The notes under the pieces were generated by a model. It did no database searches. It was not told the origin of the DNA and worked only from the letters and a program-made list of their open reading frames with translations. The position numbers and the translations under genes are program-made. A DNA stretch of 37,727 bases. It comes from a virus (lineage: Duplodnaviria > Caudoviricetes). The DNA is taken from positions 1-37,727 of the IMG/VR virus record IMGVR_UViG_3300043473_000002. One strand, 5' to 3'. Shown here one piece after another: positions 27,801 through 35,027 of this stretch. Within the stretch, counting starts at the first letter, position 1. Every line of letters begins with the position of its first letter.

Positions 27801-29220
27801 CAACATGCACAAGATGCCAGCTAGCAAGGGTATGCGTCAGTTGGAAGCTACGTTCCCTTATCTGACCCAGACCAAGCTTGGTGCATATGAGTTGACACGC
27901 AACATGGTTAGCCCTAGCACGGCGATGTATGTGCTACCTACCGCTGCACTCGCTATGTACGGCATGGGTCAGGCTATGTACTGGCGCACGTACTGGAATG
28001 AGGAGAGCCGTAAGGAGTTCTGGAATAGACCTGACCATGAGCTGTGGAGGTACGTCAGCATACCCACGCCTAAGCTACTGCAAGCATGGTTCAGCGGTGA
28101 GAACCCTAACTACAGCCGTGACCTGTACTATGACATCATGCTGCCACCTGATCTAGTGGGCATGATCGCTGGCACTGGCGCTGTGATGCAGATGATGGGC
28201 ATGTTGCCTAACAACGTCACACCTGAACCTATCAGCAGCAAGTGGCCTAAGCTGATGGTGATGAGCCTAGTGCCAGCTATGCCACCTGTAGTGCAAGCAC
28301 TGCTAGGTGAGAGTGGTATGAAGCTTGATCCCGGCTCTGCTGATATGCGTGGTGGTAAGTTGGTGCGGCAGATAGGATCAAACTTCCGCGCTGGTCCGCA
28401 AGCTGAGAGCATGAGCAACTTGGGTCAGGTCAGCAACACTACGTCGCTTGTGCTCAATGCACTACTAGGTACATTCGGTGCACATATAGCTGCTGGCACT
28501 GATGTGTTCTTACATGCTAGCAAGTACTATCCACCCGGCGCAGATGGCAAGCTCACACTGCGCGAGTCACAGGACTTCGGCATAGGACTACGTAAGGCGC
28601 TAGGTGTAGTAGCTCAACGTGCTACTAAGAACGTGCCTGATGTCGTTGGTCTATCTGGCAATCTGTGGGATAGCTCACAGAAGCGCAGCGTCATGACGCC
28701 TAAGTGGGAGTACGTCAACGAGAACATGCAACACATACAGGCTATGGTTGGCATGAAGGATCATGCTGCTGGCAAGGAGTCTGAGCTACAGCGTAAGTAC
28801 GCACAACAGGTTGGCGGTATGCCTAAGGAGGCGTTGACTGATGCTGCTATGATACAGATCGTCAAGGCTGTGTCGCAGTACCAGAACCCATCTGGTCCGC
28901 TGGGTAAGTTGAAGAAGGAGTATCGCACCTACACGCAAGCTGCGAACTCTATCAACTCCAACTACAACATGTCGGCAGAGGAGAAGAAGCGCAAGCTTGA
29001 CATCATCGTGCAGAAGCAACAGGACAACTACGATCAGCAGTACATGGCTATCAAGTATCTAGAGCAACGTGTGTCTGCTAAGTTCGGTCAGTATCTGGCA
29101 CCTAGATTGAACGGTCGTAAGATCACTGTGCAGACACTTGATGAGATGGCGAGAGAGAGCATAGGCTCCCCCTCGCCAGACGCAGTGTACTCACAAGCGG
29201 GTGCTGCTACCCAAGAATAG
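24892..29220 (+). CDS. Large internal virion / DNA ejection protein
   Basis: About 1440 aa, helical with Gly/Ala hydrophobic segments, last gene of the late operon, TGATG coupling. No catalytic motif recognised. Confidence 0.7.
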   Translation: MPDANGSYSREEFKEAFGYDPVERMQPEERGGWKDHIRSAAVGALSVPTDLYGAIGSIGPAASALYNTYGTDKSFMEAFSTNLQQEGAQGRLQQHLNTIANAWQQENPQLTQEEINAGIEDYKKSKQFEDFAESQLRHMPGVAASAKGAIRSFLGDERPDSQRSWTESGAEAIGGALVGLPLGALSGGATATAIAARTGNTLINNPLTRGALKTAEVLTPATVPYTTGNVVLNAAAGVALDQGMRYAQGKSTAFTPTPNDSAGVGTLVAGGAGFAGMAAVLAAMKGRAHQAVQASQVPSSTQQALGQTTTLNAQVAGQQTPGTASITSGSPQGQAVTPSVDSLNPLVAAQRRAVNEGIDESAIPVGAVRDIHGARVADEAEQIYHASVGSVLNDDIAARIAEMTQQYNRVMTSMPADRARALEAGASMTSYAARHTQALDRIRDEIADLQQQVAGGRLQPQGLAATNTRIAALQDTMTRVARDDPDARMMLPQTEMRDVFRTANGYIRDSSPEAMAHKAALSRLNQAWRDMDVAAGRMNAAEAAAEHRANPYYTPALHDPLEGAVGVQRMWRAVVKTVRNSGRKVDARGDTSVAREGSIDQLGRHIPEPTAGPETRITSLLQSQGSIRGFLQNHIREVAHTTMRNEFIRRYSHMDAARTIPTEFYNRGHMREITGAGGQTWFSRAQLNSGGMTGQWLRARLNDQHVVPEWQGGSLRLWEFGDRPIAAMLRQEPVVLDGMMRGVYKATQLFKQLTTGYGNPLFPPVGAMYNQIMHMFLKRNDRAFGPLSTALRHVMPAGLARHTLGRVPDPTALLTIPWHLARNFADLFAMRFTRGIADTLANHNSVFQVLRYTMGRRNFENMVRSSASLATWVHEHSVLGQLRARGIGHNLGAVDNIEKVRGVYGTISDTMPKPLKSAWSFYKDLADMIYLTPQRMFYTENMGLLRHTYGRNIPQAELDRLISETRFLGGNMHKMPASKGMRQLEATFPYLTQTKLGAYELTRNMVSPSTAMYVLPTAALAMYGMGQAMYWRTYWNEESRKEFWNRPDHELWRYVSIPTPKLLQAWFSGENPNYSRDLYYDIMLPPDLVGMIAGTGAVMQMMGMLPNNVTPEPISSKWPKLMVMSLVPAMPPVVQALLGESGMKLDPGSADMRGGKLVRQIGSNFRAGPQAESMSNLGQVSNTTSLVLNALLGTFGAHIAAGTDVFLHASKYYPPGADGKLTLRESQDFGIGLRKALGVVAQRATKNVPDVVGLSGNLWDSSQKRSVMTPKWEYVNENMQHIQAMVGMKDHAAGKESELQRKYAQQVGGMPKEALTDAAMIQIVKAVSQYQNPSGPLGKLKKEYRTYTQAANSINSNYNMSAEEKKRKLDIIVQKQQDNYDQQYMAIKYLEQRVSAKFGQYLAPRLNGRKITVQTLDEMARESIGSPSPDAVYSQAGAATQE

Positions 29221-31735
29221 CACTACGCTTCATCTTCTTGATAGTACTCCACCTGTGAACACCATGTTCATCAGGTACACTCATCGCGCATTCAGCGGGT
29301 ATGATGAGTGGCTTACCACCTACCATGATGGGTGCCTCTGCGTGTTTGATTAAGATACGCAGTGCCTTCTTAGCTACATCATGTCTAGCTATACCTATCA
29401 ACCCATCGTGTGTGTTGAGAGCAACGCGAGCTAACCCCTTGGGCCACAAGGGATCATCGTGTGCTTTGTATATTACCCGACATATGTGATCACCTATTGT
29501 AGATTGTGGATAGAACGCGACTATAGCTTCGGTACTTTCTTCAGTGATTGGAATGAGTTGCACATAGCGGCGACCGTATGCGTTGTAGATAGCCTTCTCA
29601 GTTCGCACTCTATTTAGATCAGCCTCCCAACCTTTCTTGAGTTCGGGAGTTAGCTTATGATACTTGACAAACGCCTCGCTTGCTGTAGACAGAGGTAGTC
29701 CTGTTGTGAGTGCAAGACGATCAGGCATCATACGGTAGTTAAGACCATGACGGCACCTCTTAGCAACGTAGCGAATGGTGGGCTTGCCCGCCCTCTCGCT
29801 GTCGTAGTCAATACCATCACGCTGCGCGGCGATTGCGTCCAAGGGATAACGGTCGAAGCTGGGAACGTCGTTGTACGGTACATCGAACATGTCACTGGCA
29901 AGAGCGCGGTGGCAGTCGTAGGAGCCGTCACGTCGCGCTCGCTCGAACTGTTCTATCCACGTCGCAATGCCGTAGCGCCAACCAACAACTCGCGCCTCCG
30001 CTTGGCTGCCGTCAATGTAGATAAAGCAGCAGTCGGGGTCCGCAATAAACATCTCCTTCGCGCGGTCGGGGATGTTTTGTAGATTGCCACCGCTGCCCCA
30101 CAGTGTTTGGGCAGATGATAGTCTACCGGGTGCGCTGCGTACACCTGTTTGTCTGTAGTCGCAGCGCATCCGATCATCAGCATCAGGCTGTGCAGATGCA
30201 TACACTGAAAAGAACTTATCGTCTTCGATGTAAGCATCTACTGCATCGAGCACTGCACATGCCATTTGACTGGTACGTGGGTGCTTCCGCATTATTTCTC
30301 GGTTTGTGTGGTCTGTGCTTGTGCCTCGCCCTACTAGTTTCAACTTACTGAAGTACAACTCAGCCATCTGCTTCGGTGAGTTGGGATTAGGTGTGTAGCG
30401 TGGTTCACCTGTAGCAACGCGGGCAGCATCGTAGAACGCTTGCAGCTTACGTTGTACATCATCGAACAAGTTGCCCTTACCGTTGGGATCGAGCATCTTG
30501 CGACGTAGGTCCATGTCATTGAGTACACCACCTACAGTCATACGCACTAGGTGTGCTTGCAGTCGCATGACATGCTCGAAGTAGAACTTGTCTAGCTTCT
30601 GATCGCGTAGCTCTGCAACGATGTGAGCGTTTGCCGCAAGCGTGAGCGCACAGTCCTTCCCATTATAGTGCCAGAAATTGTCAATACCACCCGTATGTCT
30701 CCACTCGTCCTTCTCGTTCTTATAGAAGGGATGTGTTGTATACTGTTTGACAATGAAACCGAGGTCATGTGGCATCGTCGGGTATAGCACATGATGAGCA
30801 AGCATCGTGTCTGAGTACGCTGGGTTGCAACGAATCCGATCCTTAAACCATAGCCATGCCATGTCAAATCCTCCATTCTGCCACACCATCTTTGTAGTAG
30901 GCGTGGTGTATAGCGATTGAAGACGACGGCGTATGGCTGCTTCTTCTTGCACACTGTATACATTGGTTTGTTCATTTCTGAACGCAATGCACATGGCTTC
31001 ATGCGGTGAGGCAGCAAGGCCGATGCAAGCTGTCTCATTGCTGATGACTTCAATGTCGGAGGCGACTGGATCACGTGAGGCTTTACAATGGCTAATATAG
31101 TCCACTGCCTCATGATAGGTAGGGTTAATGCGTACAGTGACTGCATGTGGTTTGTAACTCCCTAGTACAACTGGACGCAGCTTATCGCCTATGTCCATGT
31201 CGAAGATGATGTGCGCCATTGGATCACGTGCACAGAACGCTGGGTTGTATGTGCAGACAGCCATCACATCGCGGTTGCCGATTGCAGTCTCTAGTATACT
31301 ACCACGCCACGATGTGATACCCTTCTTACCACACACAGCCTCGATGGCGTAGTTGCCCAGCAGCAGTACATGCTGCAAGTTGGGTAGGTGTCCAAGCTCC
31401 CAACGTAGGAGATCTTGCCATGCAACAAGCTCATGTTTACCAACTGGCTTGCGGTTGCCAGTGTCATCTACACCAAATTGTACCTGTCGTTTCACTACAT
31501 TCGTCACATAGCACTCATGTCGTTTTACTTCAGGACAGTGCGTCCGTATCGCTTTCCATAGAATGTTACCAGCACCACCAACGAGAGGTAATCCTTGTGC
31601 CACTTCATTACGTCCTGGTGCCTCCGCTATCACAGCAAGAGTAGCACCTACTATACCACCCATTGCACACTCCACTGTTAGACCAGCGGACTGTGCTTGT
31701 AGTGTGAAGCGTTCACGCAATTCAGCGATGGTCAT
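29207..31735 (-). CDS. polA: Family A DNA polymerase with N-terminal UDG family-4-like domain and 3'-5' exonuclease
   Basis: UDG-like AEAPGRNE..PLVGGAG, YVTNVVK, TYNPA. Exo motifs SDIE, NGGFD, YNGKD. Pol motifs GRLSS, NLQNIP, DGSQAEAR, RYVAKRCRHGLNY, THDG. Confidence 0.95.
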   Translation of the reverse strand: MTIAELRERFTLQAQSAGLTVECAMGGIVGATLAVIAEAPGRNEVAQGLPLVGGAGNILWKAIRTHCPEVKRHECYVTNVVKRQVQFGVDDTGNRKPVGKHELVAWQDLLRWELGHLPNLQHVLLLGNYAIEAVCGKKGITSWRGSILETAIGNRDVMAVCTYNPAFCARDPMAHIIFDMDIGDKLRPVVLGSYKPHAVTVRINPTYHEAVDYISHCKASRDPVASDIEVISNETACIGLAASPHEAMCIAFRNEQTNVYSVQEEAAIRRRLQSLYTTPTTKMVWQNGGFDMAWLWFKDRIRCNPAYSDTMLAHHVLYPTMPHDLGFIVKQYTTHPFYKNEKDEWRHTGGIDNFWHYNGKDCALTLAANAHIVAELRDQKLDKFYFEHVMRLQAHLVRMTVGGVLNDMDLRRKMLDPNGKGNLFDDVQRKLQAFYDAARVATGEPRYTPNPNSPKQMAELYFSKLKLVGRGTSTDHTNREIMRKHPRTSQMACAVLDAVDAYIEDDKFFSVYASAQPDADDRMRCDYRQTGVRSAPGRLSSAQTLWGSGGNLQNIPDRAKEMFIADPDCCFIYIDGSQAEARVVGWRYGIATWIEQFERARRDGSYDCHRALASDMFDVPYNDVPSFDRYPLDAIAAQRDGIDYDSERAGKPTIRYVAKRCRHGLNYRMMPDRLALTTGLPLSTASEAFVKYHKLTPELKKGWEADLNRVRTEKAIYNAYGRRYVQLIPITEESTEAIVAFYPQSTIGDHICRVIYKAHDDPLWPKGLARVALNTHDGLIGIARHDVAKKALRILIKHAEAPIMVGGKPLIIPAECAMSVPDEHGVHRWSTIKKMKRSAILG

Positions 31736-33078
31736 GTGCGCTTTCCTTTCGGCTTCCAGCCCATGCTACGCAGCGACGTAGCAAAGCTGCGTTGATCTGT
31801 TACGACTGTCGCGTGCTTGATAGCACGTGTCAGCCCTGTGTAGAAGTTAGGACGACTTAAGTTGAAGAACGCACACGACGCCATGATGTAGCACACACGT
31901 TCATACTGCGAGCCTTGGCACTTATGCGTGGTGAGTGCGTAAGCTAGCTCAATCGCCTTACGTGGATCGAACTGGTAGAAGTAGCCACGCTTCAAGTTGT
32001 AGTCACTGATGCTAGGTGGCAGTTCGACAACACGATCACCGAAGTCGATTTCAAGTACACCTTGCACGTCGATGTCACGGATGATGCCTACCTCACCATT
32101 GAGCATCTGCTTTGTCTCTGGGCATGGTATGAACGCATGACGTATGCCTACACCACTGGCATCGAAGTCACTGTAGCGATCAACGTACTCACGTAGATCG
32201 TATGAGTTGACGTTGCACACTACCTTATCACCTACACTAACGAAGCAACGGTTCTTTATCTCCCACTTGTTACGTGGTAGCTCTATCTTGTGGAGCATCT
32301 CAGGGTTAAAGCGTGCTTGTAGTGTAGCATTCAATCTGACCGTACCAATGTCAGACTTGCGTGCGGGGGATATAATTTGGTTGTCAAGCGAACGCCAGTC
32401 AACAACACTGTCTCCTTTGAGCATGTCGTATAGACTATACAGTACAGAGTCATTAAGTCTGAGCTTGACATCAGGGTTACTGCTAAAGAACTCACCCCTG
32501 TTGATACGCTGTGCCGCTTCAATGATACCATTGCCCTCCTCCTGTCGGTAGATGCGGTGCAGCGTGATGGTGTTAGGCATAGCTAGACACTTAGCGAACG
32601 GTGATGTTGGGTCAGCTAGCTGATTGTTCTCAATAGGTGGGAGCTGACGTATATCACCGAACACACGTAGCTGTGTGTTGACACCTATAGCATCAACGAG
32701 GTCACGATGTAGACCTGTCGATACCATTGCGTACTCGTCAACGATGATGGTGCTGTATGTGAGGGGGTTGCTGCGGGTGTGGAATGGTTTGCTGACTGAT
32801 GTAGCTTCGCCTGTATCATCATCCATCTCAGGACGATTGAACGCGAGCAGCTTGTGGATAGTCTGTGCGGGGTAGCCAGTAGCTTCACGTATACGTCGTG
32901 CAGCTTTACCTGTAGGTGCAGCGATGGTGAACGTCTTATGCTGGTCGATGAGCCGTTCACATGTCTGCTTGATGATGGTAGTCTTACCAGTGCCAGCTTC
33001 GCCTGTGACTGCGACTAGGCGTTTGCTGCTATCAACACATAGATCAACCGCTCGCAGTTGCTCTGCGTCTAAGTCCAT
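31732..33078 (-). CDS. RecD2/Dda-like SF1B helicase
   Basis: GEAGTGKT, APTGKAA, IVDEYAMV, GDIRQLPPI, YRQ, YALTTHKCQGSQY, YTGLTRA. Confidence 0.93.
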   Translation of the reverse strand: MDLDAEQLRAVDLCVDSSKRLVAVTGEAGTGKTTIIKQTCERLIDQHKTFTIAAPTGKAARRIREATGYPAQTIHKLLAFNRPEMDDDTGEATSVSKPFHTRSNPLTYSTIIVDEYAMVSTGLHRDLVDAIGVNTQLRVFGDIRQLPPIENNQLADPTSPFAKCLAMPNTITLHRIYRQEEGNGIIEAAQRINRGEFFSSNPDVKLRLNDSVLYSLYDMLKGDSVVDWRSLDNQIISPARKSDIGTVRLNATLQARFNPEMLHKIELPRNKWEIKNRCFVSVGDKVVCNVNSYDLREYVDRYSDFDASGVGIRHAFIPCPETKQMLNGEVGIIRDIDVQGVLEIDFGDRVVELPPSISDYNLKRGYFYQFDPRKAIELAYALTTHKCQGSQYERVCYIMASCAFFNLSRPNFYTGLTRAIKHATVVTDQRSFATSLRSMGWKPKGKRT

Positions 33079-33114
33079 TGATGTTCTCCTACGCTGCTAT
33101 GTTTCGCAGCTATG

Positions 33115-33157
33115 AATGACAAACGCCGCGCACTCAATGGGGGTAGAGTACGCGGCG
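33115..33157 (-). terminator. Putative intrinsic terminator
   Basis: 12-bp stem CGCCGCGTACTC/GAGTGCGCGGCG (one G-U on the minus strand) followed by TTTGTCATT. Confidence 0.6.
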
Positions 33158-33192
33158 CTGCTTAGCTGTCAGCTATGTGAGAGGAGTAGACC

Positions 33193-33477
33193 TTAGCCGA
33201 CAGACGAAGCTCCGTCGTCCTCACCACCACGCTTGTTGGCGATCACTTCGTGCTTGACACGTGTGAGGCCGAGGTTGGCGAAGTCAGGAGTATCCATGAA
33301 CTCGATCACCTTCCGGGCGTCGGAGATGATGCGCTCAACTTGCAACTTGGCACCGGGGATGGGGTTGCCCTGTGCATCGACAACCTTCATGAAGAAGTGG
33401 AAGGTGCGCTTCTGTGGTGCGCGATCCTTCTGCTTCTTGCCGAGGGCGGAACCGATAGAACGTGCAGGAGTAGCCAT
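33193..33477 (-). CDS. Small hypothetical protein with basic N-terminus
   Basis: GAGGA RBS, strong C-ending codon bias, own promoter and downstream terminator. Confidence 0.8.
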   Translation of the reverse strand: MATPARSIGSALGKKQKDRAPQKRTFHFFMKVVDAQGNPIPGAKLQVERIISDARKVIEFMDTPDFANLGLTRVKHEVIANKRGGEDDGASSVG

Positions 33478-33545
33478 TAGATGAGTCCTCTCTTATAAGA
33501 GTTTGAAGTAGCTAGGTGGCCGCGTTATTGCCACCACCTAGCTTT

Positions 33546-33574
33546 AGTGTAACGCGCAGATATACAGTGTGCAA
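33546..33574 (-). promoter_or_regulatory. Putative sigma70-type promoter followed by a 10-bp leader hairpin (33510-33543)
   Basis: cTTGCAC-N17-TACACT, then AGCTAGGTGG/CCACCTAGCT. Confidence 0.65.
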
Positions 33575-33577
33575 GTA

Positions 33578-33985
33578 CTAAAGCGGAAGCACTTGGCCGA
33601 TCTCTGCGCGGTCGTTCTTCTCCAAGTCCTTGCCCATGCGAATGCGGGCGCGGCACTCACGACCAACGAAGTCGTTGGGGTCGATGTTGTTAGACATCGG
33701 CACACCGAACGCCTTGCATGTGTTCTTCATGCGCCAGCGGTCAGCAGGGATGTCACGTGAGACTACGTTCAGAGTGAACGTAAGCTCATCCACACCATCA
33801 CCTGGGTCGAAGTCAGCAGGGAACTCACTGCGAGGAACCTGCATCGTGAGAGTAAGCATCGGGTTGCCGCTGCTAGCTGCGATCTTGTCCTGTGCAGCAG
33901 TGCAGATAGCCTTGTATTCACCAGTAGGGAGTTGCGGTGGTGCTTCCGCATCGGCGATGTTGGAACTAAAGGTCAACAAGCCCAT
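33578..33985 (-). CDS. Putative single-stranded DNA-binding protein (DUF669-like OB fold)
   Basis: LPTGEYKA..SGNPMLTL..FVGRECRARI pattern, adjacent to the Sak4-like ATPase, GAGGAG RBS. Confidence 0.7.
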   Translation of the reverse strand: MGLLTFSSNIADAEAPPQLPTGEYKAICTAAQDKIAASSGNPMLTLTMQVPRSEFPADFDPGDGVDELTFTLNVVSRDIPADRWRMKNTCKAFGVPMSNNIDPNDFVGRECRARIRMGKDLEKNDRAEIGQVLPL

Positions 33986-34015
33986 TATAGTTCTCCTCTT
34001 GTTAAGTGGCTTTAC

Positions 34016-34043
34016 AGTGTATCACACACAGCGGTGCTGACAA
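34016..34043 (-). promoter_or_regulatory. Putative sigma70-type promoter
   Basis: cTTGTCA-N16-TACACT with TGTG upstream of -10, flanked by inverted AGTGGCTT/AAGCCACT. Confidence 0.6.
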
Positions 34044-34096
34044 GCCACTATAGCCAGCATGTGTGTCTCGTTGTACCACTATAGCTAGTGGCACTA

Positions 34097-34873
34097 TTAC
34101 TTGGGGACGGGCAGCTTGATGTAACCATTAGTGGTATATGCGTGCCACCAATCGGCTATAGATGGACCGTCCAGCTTGTTACTGTTGTACCGCCACTCAA
34201 ACGCAGTGGCACCTGTCATGTCGAACATGCGGCTTTTCATCGGACTACGGAAGCGTTCAGGACGGATAGCGATGTAGCGTTTGCCACCCTGATCACGCAT
34301 GTTCCACACCTCACTGATGTCTTTACTAGCGATGTTAGGTAGCTGTCCACCCAGCAACATACCAACTGACAAGATCGCGCCATCGTTGTTACGATCAGCA
34401 TCCTTCTCATGCGTGATGAGTATGAGATGCTTGTTAGCCATACCAGTGATGCGGATCATGTTAGAGATGAATGCACCTACGCATATGTTGCGTAAGCCGT
34501 AGCCTTGTAGACCGGGGTTCTCGATGGTTGACTTAGGAGCTACGCGGACTGCGTACTGGAGCGCATGTTCACTGAACTTAGTCAGGCTGTCAACTACGAT
34601 GGTGTCGTAGTTGTCAAGTAACTTATACAGTGTGTAAGGGTCAGGCTTCATGCCCTCCTTAACGATGTCAGTGCTAGTCTCGCCTGTCAGGTTGATACGA
34701 TCCCAATCAGGCATGTTACGAATGCTCATGTCACCGTCCGGGTCCAGCATGACGAACAACTTACGCCCCGGAGCGGTAGCAGCTAGAGTAGTCTTACCGC
34801 TACCACTATCACCCCACAAGATCATAGACATACGACTAGGCATGTCTAGAGCACGCTCAATCTTTATATCCAC
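34097..34873 (-). CDS. Sak4-like / AAA_24 P-loop ATPase (recombinase)
   Basis: WGDSGSGKTTLA, IVVDSLT, LILITHE. GTG start with GGGAG RBS. Confidence 0.85.
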   Translation of the reverse strand: MDIKIERALDMPSRMSMILWGDSGSGKTTLAATAPGRKLFVMLDPDGDMSIRNMPDWDRINLTGETSTDIVKEGMKPDPYTLYKLLDNYDTIVVDSLTKFSEHALQYAVRVAPKSTIENPGLQGYGLRNICVGAFISNMIRITGMANKHLILITHEKDADRNNDGAILSVGMLLGGQLPNIASKDISEVWNMRDQGGKRYIAIRPERFRSPMKSRMFDMTGATAFEWRYNSNKLDGPSIADWWHAYTTNGYIKLPVPK

Positions 34874-34899
34874 TGTATATCTCCCGATTGCGTAGTACT

Positions 34900-34927
34900 A
34901 TTATAGCACATGTAGCAACAGACGCAA
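34900..34927 (-). promoter_or_regulatory. Putative early promoter
   Basis: aacTTGCGTCTG-N-TGTGcTATAATag (16-bp spacer, extended -10), near-identical to 37681-37708. Confidence 0.75.
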
Positions 34928-34931
34928 GTTG

Positions 34932-35027
34932 CTACCAACCATTTCTCCACCTATCCCACCATATGTATAGATACATGCAGTATATCAGTGCGAAGATGGT
35001 AAGCACGATGTACTGGTGTATACTCAT
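34932..35027 (-). CDS. Small single-TM protein (31 aa), not in ORF track
   Basis: MSIHQYIVLTIFALIYCMYLYIWWDRWRNGW. ATGA-coupled to the nuclease stop. Confidence 0.6.
   Translation of the reverse strand: MSIHQYIVLTIFALIYCMYLYIWWDRWRNGW

Noticed and set aside
24892-29220. Virion RNA polymerase in the 1440-aa protein
   Set aside because: No convincing single-subunit RNAP motif set or DxDGD motif found, and it is much smaller than N4 vRNAP.
30946-30960. 15-nt match CTTGCACACTGTATA to the promoter at 33561-33575, as a possible antisense promoter in polA
   Set aside because: No -10 element at the right spacing, and a few 15-nt matches are expected by chance in a sequence this long.
29207-31735. 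DpoZ / 2-aminoadenine or other modified-base genome
   Set aside because: No PurZ, dATPase, thymidylate-synthase-like or glycosyltransferase genes in the window. Cannot be supported from the polymerase alone.
4098-33078. Introns or inteins in terL, polA or helicase; capsid frameshift extension
   Set aside because: Reading frames are continuous and of normal length, with no intein termini or homing endonuclease motifs, and no slippery sequence at the MCP stop.
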